The position numbers were made by a program, and so were the translations under genes. The notes under the pieces are model-generated. The model was not told the origin of the DNA. It saw only the letters and a list, made by a program, of their open reading frames with translations, and did not search any database. Positions 35,589 through 45,382 of a DNA stretch of 45,382 nucleotides are shown here, one piece after another. Numbering within the stretch: position 1 is the stretch's first letter; each line of letters starts with the position of its first letter. Origin of the DNA: Nemertoderma westbladi (lineage: Eukaryota > Animalia > Xenacoelomorpha); the NCBI GenBank assembly GCA_032718475.1, contig JAUCBJ010005517.1, positions 1 to 45,382 on the forward strand, in the 5' to 3' direction.

Positions 35589-35662
35589 AATGTTCGAGTG
35601 AGTTAATATGTAATTATTTCGGAAGAATGTTCGAGTGAGTTAATATGTAATTATTTCGGAAG
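35589..35662. repeat. Perfect 37-bp tandem duplication
   Basis: AATGTTCGAGTGAGTTAATATGTAATTATTTCGGAAG x2. Confidence 0.95.
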
Positions 35663-36631
35663 ACAATGTTTCTAGATAGTGTCCCTGGGCTCCATCGCGC
35701 TTTATAGTTGATGAAACATGATCGAATAATACAGTACCGGTATTGTATTTTAATTTTACTAAGTATCTGGACTATATAGTATCTGGACAGTATATGGACT
35801 ATATTTAGCACGATATATTAATTTGTATTTTATTTTGTATCTTTATATACCCAATATCTAAACATATGTGATAATATTATTTCATAATGGTGTTACATTT
35901 TCACTAGGTATATCTTCGGCCTGCCCCTTCTATATCCGAGTTGGCCATTGACTTATAGAATGAGCAATTTTTATTTATTTTTATAATTTATTATTGAAAA
36001 TTTTTCAATAAACATTAAACAATAACAATAGTATGTCTGTTGGGCCGTCTGTATGTTAATACCATACTGTACTGGTACTGCTAGTTTGTGAATTAAGGTT
36101 GGTGGAAAAATGTTTTTCTTCCAATCGTTGGGTAAATGCACCTTTCTCAAAAGGTTCGTTTAGGTAATCAATTTTTTATAGTTAAAATATTATTAGGCCT
36201 ACTTAGATGAAATTTAGGGACTCGTGTCTTTATGGTAAAGAAAAGACCAACTCTTTATATTTCTATTGTGCTGATGGTGATATTATGGTCATGCGTACCG
36301 AAATCATCTCTTTAGTGTAGTGGGTCTAGCTTCAAGGTGGTCTAGCTAGACTCTAGATACTTTCAAAACGAGAATAAAAAGAGATTATGTATCGAGATAT
36401 TCTACAAGCAGGTTGGAATTACCTACTCAGCATCCCCAGTAATTCGATCATTGCGATTCAAATGACATTCTTGTTATTCTATTATTCTTGATCCCGTATG
36501 TTCATTGGTAGTATTATTTAGCATTCCTCTCGACTCGTCGAAACTTCTTAAAGATCCTTCTGCGATTCCCGTTATTATATTTACTTTATTGGAGTTTAGT
36601 TGAGTGACTGTTACACACTTTACTGTTACAG

Positions 36632-38248
36632 GTGGAGGATAACAAACCGACGCTGAGGAGACGGACATCCCAACCAACAATCCGGACACTGACAGACTCG
36701 GAACCGGACGACGACGCCGAGGATACCTCGATAGAGTTCCTCGCGGTGCCTCCGGACCGACGGGACTGCAAGTCGGACAGCGAGTTGCAGTCGCCCAGTC
36801 CCGCGGATTCCCAGTCCGGGTCCACACTGCTGTACGACGAGACAGTCCAACTGTCCCGCCCCGTCGCCGCCGCCCCCAACCCCCGGTGGATCTCCGAACA
36901 GTTCTCCTTCTTCGTCGACTCGCCGCGTTCCGAGTTCCTCAACGTCTCGCTCTGCGTGAAACCCGAGCGCGGCGACGATTCGATCCTGTGCAAGTGCGGC
37001 GTCTCGTTGCCGGAGGTGGCCTACTACTGCGGCCTCACTGTCTCCAACGTGCACCAACAGCGGGTGCCCTGGACGCCGTGCGCCCGGCCCCCCTCCCGTC
37101 CGCCCCCCAGCGCCCCCCACCCCCTCGCCGACCGCCCCGGCTTCCAGACCTCGCTCTGTTACGGCGACGTCGTCCTCCGCTTCCGATACGACCCGAGTGT
37201 TTCCGCGGCCCCGGTGATCCGTCGACGCGCGAGCGGCAGCCGGAAGCGACGCCGTCGACCGATACGCTCATCGACCTCCCTACTCGCGTCGCACACCTTC
37301 GCGAGCTACACCTTCCGACAGCCGACCAGTTGCGAGTTCTGTCTCAAGAAGATCTGGACCCGCGCGGGTTTCCAGTGCGTCCAGCCGACCTGCGGGTTTG
37401 TCTGCCATAAGAAGTGCCGCGATCGCGCCTTGGTGACCACCCCCTGCACCGCCGCTTCCCAACCCACCCCGATTCACTCGGAACAGATCAGCCCCTCCGC
37501 GTTGCTAAATAACGAGCGCAACCCGTCGGCCCCGCCTACTGTCCTCGTCTCGGACACCTCGGACGTGGCGGATCTTTCCGAATCGTCGGATATCCCGGTC
37601 GCGGAACCAGTCCGGAAGGCGACCCCGCCGTCCCGTCCGGATTCCGGCTCGGCCGGCGCGTCTCCTGCTCTCCGACTGAAGTTATCCCGGAACTCCATCC
37701 AACAGTCCCTCAATAAGTACATTCCCTCCAACTTCGATCGGTTTCTATCGAGGAAGTCTACGGCCTCTCGTCGGATTCCGGACTCCCGTATTCAGGACGC
37801 ATCCTCCCGTAGGCCGGACACGGCCTCCCGTATCCCCGACACAGCATCCCGTATGCCGGACACGGCATCCCGTATTCCGGACGCGGCCCCATCCACCGAC
37901 TCCGCCTCCCTTCGGATCCCCTCGTTGCGTCCCGACTTCCGTAAGATTTCCCTACCGTTATTCCCGCATCGCGACGGTAACTTTCTACACCGGAAGGGTT
38001 CGTTACCGGAAGCCGTGGGCGTAACCGAGTTGCGACAACGCGGCTCGACTCTCTCGGTTGCGACGGAGGCGGACGGCTTCGATGCGACCTGTAAGTCTAC
38101 CTCGTGCAACTCGCTAAGCCAATCGCATCGCGGCGTCGAGCAACGTCACTCGGTTGCTGGGCAACCCCTAGTCAGTACGACCACTGTGATTGGTCGACCG
38201 TTGGATCTGGCCGATGTCCCGACAGAGTTGAACAGTGATACTGAGTGA
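36632..38248 (+). CDS. PDZD8: PDZD8 exon 2 (split C2 C-part, C1 zinc finger, disordered Ser/Pro/Arg region); may end at 38244 and splice onward
   Basis: Acceptor TTTACTGTTACAG|GTG, phase 0. PRW..EQFSF...FLNVSL...YGDVVLRFRY; C1 HTF...CEFCLKKIWTRAGFQC...CGFVCHKKC...C. The TGA overlaps a consensus donor GTGAGT (38245-38250). Confidence 0.93.
   Translation: MEDNKPTLRRRTSQPTIRTLTDSEPDDDAEDTSIEFLAVPPDRRDCKSDSELQSPSPADSQSGSTLLYDETVQLSRPVAAAPNPRWISEQFSFFVDSPRSEFLNVSLCVKPERGDDSILCKCGVSLPEVAYYCGLTVSNVHQQRVPWTPCARPPSRPPPSAPHPLADRPGFQTSLCYGDVVLRFRYDPSVSAAPVIRRRASGSRKRRRRPIRSSTSLLASHTFASYTFRQPTSCEFCLKKIWTRAGFQCVQPTCGFVCHKKCRDRALVTTPCTAASQPTPIHSEQISPSALLNNERNPSAPPTVLVSDTSDVADLSESSDIPVAEPVRKATPPSRPDSGSAGASPALRLKLSRNSIQQSLNKYIPSNFDRFLSRKSTASRRIPDSRIQDASSRRPDTASRIPDTASRMPDTASRIPDAAPSTDSASLRIPSLRPDFRKISLPLFPHRDGNFLHRKGSLPEAVGVTELRQRGSTLSVATEADGFDATCKSTSCNSLSQSHRGVEQRHSVAGQPLVSTTTVIGRPLDLADVPTELNSDTE
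37762..37888 (+). repeat. Coding 21-bp tandem repeat (ASRIPDT-like, ~6 units)
   Basis: ASRRIPD SRIQDA SSRRPDT ASRIPDT ASRMPDT ASRIPDA. Confidence 0.9.
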
Positions 38249-39744
38249 GTAGCTGCTCCTGTTTCGCCAACCACACAATATTTTTAGTCATTACGTTACT
38301 GGTTAACGTGCCATATAGTCAATGTTGGTGCAACACACTAGTGGAATGCCTTTTGTGTTAGAAAATATCCACATATCTTCACTACAAAGTACAAACATTA
38401 TTGCAAACAAATAAGGCGAATCAATTCGATGTAACTTTAGTAGTAAAAATAAGTTCATTTTAAGTTGCTTTTATAAAATCAAAGAAGAATCTAATTTATT
38501 TTGAGTCATAAATTGTTTATCACAGTTATTACAATTTTAATTAATTCGATTAAAATAAATACCATTATTAATATTAATTATAATTAATAGTAAATTAATA
38601 ATTAAATCAGAGCGATTAATAATTATCATTATGATTTGTTGTTCAACTCTTCTACTTACATAAATGTTGCTGCTAAAATCAGTGTGGATTTTCTATATAT
38701 AATTAACGTGATGTTTATTGTTCCTATAATATTCTACTAAACGGGCTGTTGTTGCTACTTTACGTCGCCCTGTTCTACTTGTATCGGATCACCTGACCAT
38801 TCCACCTGTCTTTACTCTCATTACCTCTCTGGATCACAAACTCAGGTTTTTTCAAACATTTAACAGCTATTATATCTGGATCTTGTTGTTTTCGATAAAC
38901 ATTTAAAGTTCAACTTGGATAAACATAATTTTTCGCAGTAAATCCGCAGTAATTTATTTCGCTCCTTTGTCCAAATCTTTGGCTCAACGCAAAGTGAAAA
39001 CGATGCCTTTCCTTTTCATTATTAATCATTATATTATAATAATATTTATTATAACTTATTATAAAGACTACATTTTTTATTATTACAATAGTATATTTAT
39101 TTACATAAGTAACATACCATTTTTGGTTAGATGGTAAATTATTGTGTTTATTTCGATTCACAGGTGTGAATTATAGTAAACCTATCTGTACTTTTCCACA
39201 TCGGTGCTTTCTATCTCTTGCGTATTGAATATTATTTCTGGTTTTAGATATTATATTAATTAATTATTTTTAATTCGCCATTTTTTATATTCAAAGTATC
39301 TAAATATTCTCATCGATTTTATGCAAAAGTTCGAGGCGAATATGTGATTTTATTTGGCAAATGTTATAATGGATATTTATTTATCTCATATTTGGGATTT
39401 GTTTTTGGTGATTTTGACAGCGCGACACTGATAAATATCATTGGTAACAAAATTTCTTTTAAATGGTGGTTTCGGTTTATAAATTAATATTGTTTAGTAT
39501 ATATGTGGTTGGTAGGTAGAGAAGAGACAAGAGAGTCATATGTAGATATATCGATATGTATTTGCAATGTGATGAGTAATATAAGATATATACAACCTCA
39601 ATTAATAATTAACCCTGAGAGATCGCAAAGGCAAGGCACACATTCCGCATGCAATGCTATGACATTTCGTATCACCTTTGAAATGCTTTTACTTTTTTTT
39701 GCTTTTACATTTTGCTTCAGTATTTACAGTGATTATTATATGGT

Positions 39745-40750
39745 TGTGGGGCGAGACACGTAGTCGGCGAGCCTTGGCATACGGTTCATATAGGGCAAAT
39801 GGGGCATGTCCGTCTGTCTGTCTGTCCGTCTGTCTGTCTGTCCGTCTGTCTGGTAAATGTTTGAACGCGAATTTCTCGGCATCGCTGGTTCGGAATTGAA
39901 CCAAACTTAGTAGGTAAGTAGTAGAGAGAAAGTTTAGAAAGTTTGTAAAGTTTGGTGAAAAATCATGCAGTCTGACGTCAGCTACGACAGATTATGTGGT
40001 TTTTAGAAAATGTTAAATTTCTCGGGAACGCCTCATTTTCCTGAGCTGAAATTTTGGTTGCTTGTAGAGAATCATGAAGTCTATCTTTTACGAAATTGAA
40101 AAGTTAAGACATTTAAGTGGGGATCCGCTAGAGACTCCGAAGTAATGACATAGGCCTACCGGTACGGTAGGCCTACTGCTGTACTTATCAGTAGTGATTA
40201 CGAAATTGCAGTATAAAACTTTAATACCTTCATTGGCCCGCTCGTTACCTCGAGCGGTGTTGGCTGAGTGGATAAGGCGTTGGACTAGCCATCCAATGGG
40301 ATCTTCTCGCGCTGGTTCGAATCATATCTCTGGCAAACTTATTTTGCACGTTTTTTATATTAAATTCTTTAAAGCCAACAACAATTACTAGAATTAAACC
40401 AACTTTTATTACATCATGCAGTCTATTAGAAATTTAGAAATAATCTGAGTTTTTATCAAAATAAGACTGTCGGACACTCGGTACCGGTAGTTTCAGACTT
40501 TTGATAAAAACTGAAATAAGTCGTTCAATCAAATGATGAATTAAACCAAACTTGTACGTATGCATGCAGTCCATTAAAAGTTTGGAAAGTATCTGAAGAT
40601 TGGTCAAAAATAGGTCAGTCGGTACCGGTGGTTTCAGACTTTTTATAAAAACCGAAATAAGTCGGGCAATTGCAGATTAAATTAAACCAAAATTTGTACG
40701 TATGCACTCTCGTGCTGCGCGAAGTCCCCACGAACGTGTTGTCTCGTGCT
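39745..40750 (+). mobile_element. HINE/DINE-like (Helentron-associated) family B, long copy with central tandem repeats
   Basis: Subterminal inverted repeat CGAGACACG / CGTGTTGTCTCG, (GTCY)n microsatellite at 39808-39851, ~145-bp tandem units at 40392-40707, GC-rich 3' end. Confidence 0.75.
40254..40335 (+). pseudogene. tRNA-Ser(AGA)-derived pseudogene inside the HINE-like element
   Basis: TGGCTGAGTGGATAAGGCG-TTGGA-CTAGCCA-TCCAA-long variable arm-GGTTCGAATC. The T-stem and acceptor stem are broken, and the loop reads AGC. Confidence 0.75.
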
Positions 40751-41342
40751 ATTAACACATTCCGATTAGAATCCGCATAGCTATGCTTCTTACTTCACAA
40801 AATACAACTAAAAGAATTAGCCCAGTTTGGGACAGTGCATGGAATTTACTATGACACTGTATCGCACGAGAAGGGGGTACAAACTCACATTGAGTGATTC
40901 TCGAATGTCCAATAAAATATTATCTGCTTTTTTTGTTTAATTACTGCAATATCAGTATCATAAGCTTGTAGTGTATTAGTTAATTCTGCCTGGGATAATT
41001 TTGATTTATTTTATTTTGGATTTAATAAGTATCGTTTCATCTCCATATCCAACACAGTGTCACTATTATATATTTTGTGTTATATTTATTTTCCCCCACT
41101 GTCTGTTCTGTAATGTATTATTATGTATATTATATGTTAATGTATTAATTTGTTTGTATTGTTGGTGCTATGTGCTAGTGCTATATAAAATTACTCATTC
41201 CATTCAGTAAGTTAAACAATTATTATTCTAAATCTGAGGCCGAGGTACAGCTTTAGCGATTATCCTTTTTATACAATGATGTACATCATTTTGTTACATT
41301 ATGTCAACTTATCGGTTTTTTTAATTCTTATAAATCACATAA

Positions 41343-41897
41343 GGGCCGTGCCCAAATTTTGCAATTGCAATTTTGTGACAATTTGTGACATGGGGGGGGG
41401 GTTGCTATACTTGTGGCGTCACAATAGCACTTTGGTGAACAAATAAAATGCATAAGACCAACATCAAAAGCCGTAAGTGAAATCTAATTAAGTAATCACG
41501 AATCGAGGTGATAAAGTGTTAATTCTAAGTGGCGATAAAGATGAAGAACACCACATTGACTGGGTAGATAAGGACGAGGTAGAGTGGGACCCAGGAAATG
41601 GCACAATAGTAGAACCTGGTGCACTTCTGGTGATCGATGTCGAAACTCAGATGTCGTCATTCCCACGGGAGTGAATATGTGGGGTGTCTTCCTTGTTTAG
41701 TTATTGTGTACGCTGAATTAATGAAGTATTAACATTTAGTATTCATAACATAATAATTTCAAATTTAACATTTTTTATTAACTGTACTGGGTATTTTTTG
41801 TGACGTGACGTGGGAGGGGTGGGGGGATTTACAAAATTCGTGACATAGGTGGGTGGGGGGTTGAAAAAAAAAGCGTGACATCATTTGTGCACGGCTG
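41343..41897. mobile_element. PIF/Harbinger-like non-autonomous TIR element
   Basis: TAA|GGGCCGTGCCCAAAT vs ATTTGTGCACGGC. Repeated TGTGACA/CGTGACA plus G-run subterminal motifs at both ends. Confidence 0.55.
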
Positions 41898-43647
41898 AAA
41901 CTTGTTGTAATGAATATTGGAGAAAGAAAAATTAATTTAAATTTATGCAATTAATTGCATTTACTCCAAAAACTGTGCAGTAATCATTCTCGCAATTAGC
42001 ATATACAACAAGGCGTTCTATACTCAAGGCCTGGCCTGGCATTATTCTAGGCCCAAGAATTAGTGAAGATCGCCTTTTTAATATTTAGAGCAATATCTTT
42101 AATAATCCCCCCCCCATCGCTTCTTAAATTCTAAATTTTAGTTGGTTGGATGTGATGACTATAAAGTTCATAAAAATTGATAAAAGGAATCTCTGGAATT
42201 TTTAACATGATGTTGCCAAGGTAACCACCGGTTGAGTAATTACGAAAAATCTATTTGATTATTTAATTTGTTTACAGACAGTTGCCATGGTACAATGTCT
42301 TACATAAGTAACTTTAGATAGAGTCTTTGATTCAATAATTTACAAAATCATGTGCTTATAATGAAAACTGTCCAGTCGTAGCGCGCGTGTCGTTACCATG
42401 TTTTTCTACATTCCAGAATATAAAATTGCATTTAACTTGATGCCCCTTGGACAGTAATAAAAAATATAGTAAAATAAAGAAAGTAGAGTAAACAAAAAGT
42501 AAAATATATTTTCAAACGATGGCATGCTTACATGGCAATTATAAACATATTATAATGTCAAATAATTTTATAGATTTATATCGTCTTTTTCCACATCTTA
42601 CTAATCAGCTACGACGGAACTTTCATCATCTTGAATTACGAGCGCGTTTAGTTAAAACTTTGCACCATATTACCTTGCCAAGCAATTTATAATTTAAGAA
42701 TTATTGGCGAAAATATCATTAAAATATTGCGGTAAATACGAAAAAAGGTCATGTGTTCAACGTTCTTAACCAGGACGCTTTTAAGTTGGCGTAATTAACA
42801 AAATAATTATGTTATTCTATTTGTTATTAATAAATGTATGTAAAACTAACAATTATTATGTTTGTCTGTTTATTATTCGTGGATTTGGAGGCGGTAAAAT
42901 TGACTATAATTATTATTAATTAGAAGAAATATCCTAAACTGTTTTTATTTATTTATAATATCGTGCATCCTAATAGCATTTTGTTTACGTATTTAATTTA
43001 TACGTCTCGTTTACATACGATAGTTTTTACGTCAGCTCAAACCCATACATAACACCCCATTCGACCGCATACAATCCACTCTCCACTAAACATGCTACTA
43101 ACTACCTGTGTGGCTTTGTTATATCCAATACAGTATGAACAATCTTCCAGCAATGTTCGTTTATAAAATCGTACGATTACAACCAGAATAATTGTCCATA
43201 ATGTTGATTATTTTAATAGAAAATTGAATTATTATTTTACTAGGTAGGTGATGGAGCATCAGCATAGTGTATCTGTATATTATAACTTAGAACTGTGGCT
43301 AACTTTTCTACGGTAGATAAGAATGACTGGGTGAGAATTATTGTTTAAACGGGATAAACTTTTCGGGATTTTCCGGGATTGTTATTTTGAATTAAATTTT
43401 CTTAATGTTTTCAGTATATGTGGCAGAGGGTGTATGAAAAGGATTTTATACAAATTTATTTCACTCTGCTGGAAATATTGGTGAGATAAAAATTATATTA
43501 AAATTAATATATATATTTGATGCTAAATTAAAGTATGTTCTACTTTTATAAGCAGCGGTTAATTTTCGATTATACCTATTGGTGCCTAATTACCAAGGAA
43601 AAAAGTAGAATCTACATCATAAAAGTAGAAACAACTTTTCTAGAAGA

Positions 43648-43935
43648 GGTCTTACTTTGCGTAGTGGTTTGATCCGTTGCCATGAATTCACATCTCTTAT
43701 TCCGGTGATCGCGTGTTCGAACCCACATGGGTGCCAAGGATGTTTTTATTTCGGCACGATCAGCACATATATCCCTGCATCCTAGATTGGCCTCCACATA
43801 AGTACTAACTAAGGTGGTTTCCTCTGGGCTGGGGGTATATATCCAGGGGGACCACACTGGAAATAAGTCGTTAGACTTTCTGCGTAATCCATGGCCTTAC
43901 GGTTGAAGGAAACTTTTAACTTTACTTTACTTTTT
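43648..43935 (+). mobile_element. tRNA-derived SINE with L2/Crack-like 3' end and (TTTAC)n tail
   Basis: A box TTGCGTAGTGG, B box GTTCGAACCC. GGGACCACACTGGAAATAAGTC..GACTTTCTGCGTAATCC resembles L2-group 3' ends as I recall them. TTTACTTTACTTT tail. Confidence 0.65.
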
Positions 43936-45382
43936 ATTCCAGTTTTAAATGTTTTTAGTTTTACGGGTGTACCAACACTTTAAATCGTTGTTAAACCGTT
44001 ATCGTTAAATCTTGTGAATCTGGCCATAATCTAAAGTAATATATTCTGTGTAGACTGTCATATTATTTCCAAAATTTAGATCTCCCTGTAGCTATGGATA
44101 CATAATATACCTGAAATTTATCCATCTCCAGGGTAAAATCTACTAAAATATCATCTGATTACTCCAAAACATAAAACTGTAACCCGTTCTATTGACAACG
44201 TAGTACGTGTATATTCATAATGTTTTGGTTAAAATAACGCGCTTCTGTAACCTGCTCTTTCCCCTTAGGTCATGACTTTCAAAGGCTCAATGTTCAGATA
44301 TACGTTTACAAGAAAATCTACCTAAGCAATAATCATTATTAATTAATTATTGGTATTATTTGAATATATTTACACGATTGCTTATTTAGCCTAATCTCTT
44401 TAACTGTGCTATATATTATCTTGGCCATATTATTTGCATGATGTTAATTTGCAATAATTGTTTTCGGATAAATTGGATATATATTATTACAATCTTTAGC
44501 GTATTTATATTGTATATTTTGTTATATGTTGCGACTACTTATTGTATTTGTCATGTGTATATGTGCTTTTAAACTAATTTATTAAAAGTCATTGTTTTCC
44601 GAATTTTAATACCGGTGCAAACATTATTTTCAATGGATCGATTAAACGTTATATAAGTTTTGAATTTTTTATTTTCTTTGTCTCTCGTAGGACTGCACCT
44701 TCTCAGCATTCAGTTCAATATATTTCATTTAACAACCTTCTCACCATTCCGTTCAATATATTTCATTTAACATTTTGCTGATGGATGTCAGAACTAATAA
44801 AACTACTTCAAAACATTCGGACAGTCCGCGGCCCACCTTGAGTGTTACTGGAACGAGTGATGTCCCCTTTCAACAATCTCATAGAACAGTTATATTGTTA
44901 TTTTACAGCTAGTTTTATATTCTGGCTGCCGACACATACCTACATACATACCCCGAAACATTTGGAAAACTACTACTACTACTACTAAATTAATATGTCT
45001 TCCAGGCTTCTCTTATTTGGAAATCTACCTTGGAGTCTGTTTTGCTTCAAGCTGTTTTGTTCCAACAAGCATAAAATGTTACAAAAGCATGACAATTGCG
45101 GTGAATGATGAATGATTTCAAGAATAACCTTCAGTCGTCTGTCTGACATTTTGTCGACGAATTTAAAGTGAAGTAGTACTTTTGTTTAATTAAATTAGTA
45201 TATGTTATTGGGGGAGGTCGTGTCGACTATGGTTGAATGGGGTATAAGTAAAGCTGTGTTATCGCTGGTCAAATTATATATACGTTTACTAGGGAACTAG
45301 GTTAAACATTGTTGGGAGCGATCGAATTGTATTGATTGTGTACCGGATGTGACTGCGATTGCATACGCGCTCGCTATAATAT

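Noticed and set aside
33496-38109. Multiple overlapping and antisense ORFs over PDZD8
   Set aside because: Shadow ORFs of GC-rich coding DNA with low-complexity Arg/Gly/Pro translations.
40254-40335. Functional tRNA with Ser body and AGC (Ala) anticodon, i.e. a recoding tRNA
   Set aside because: Acceptor and T stems do not pair, so decay of a Ser(AGA) copy is the simpler explanation.
43240-44900. Candidate acceptors for PDZD8 exon 3 (~43243, ~44268, ~44690)
   Set aside because: In the required phase they give immediate stops or short peptides with no coiled-coil character.

Overview
AT-rich eukaryotic (invertebrate-metazoan-like) genomic DNA, not prokaryotic. It contains three host genes: an intronless radial spoke head 9 gene (RSPH9, minus, with an RFX X-box upstream), a three-exon class A GPCR that I reassembled by hand (minus, 309 aa), and a PDZD8 orthologue (plus, two large exons visible, probably continuing past the window). 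The rest is mostly transposon debris: four RTE-clade LINE copies (one near full length and interrupted by a solo LTR), L2-like and CR1 relics, an IS3EU-like DNA transposon remnant, Helentron-type (HINE/DINE-like) elements, several MITEs and tRNA-derived SINEs. The most striking element is at 8810-9623. It is a 410-bp-period retrozyme-like unit in which a tRNA-Gly-derived Pol III head is fused directly to a complete minimal type I hammerhead ribozyme. It occurs as a partial tandem copy plus an inverted copy, a Penelope-like layout. Other structured-RNA candidates are a pseudoknot at the RTE 5' end and a multibranch structure at 10834-10939. All calls were made by eye, so family assignments rest on recalled motifs and need database confirmation.
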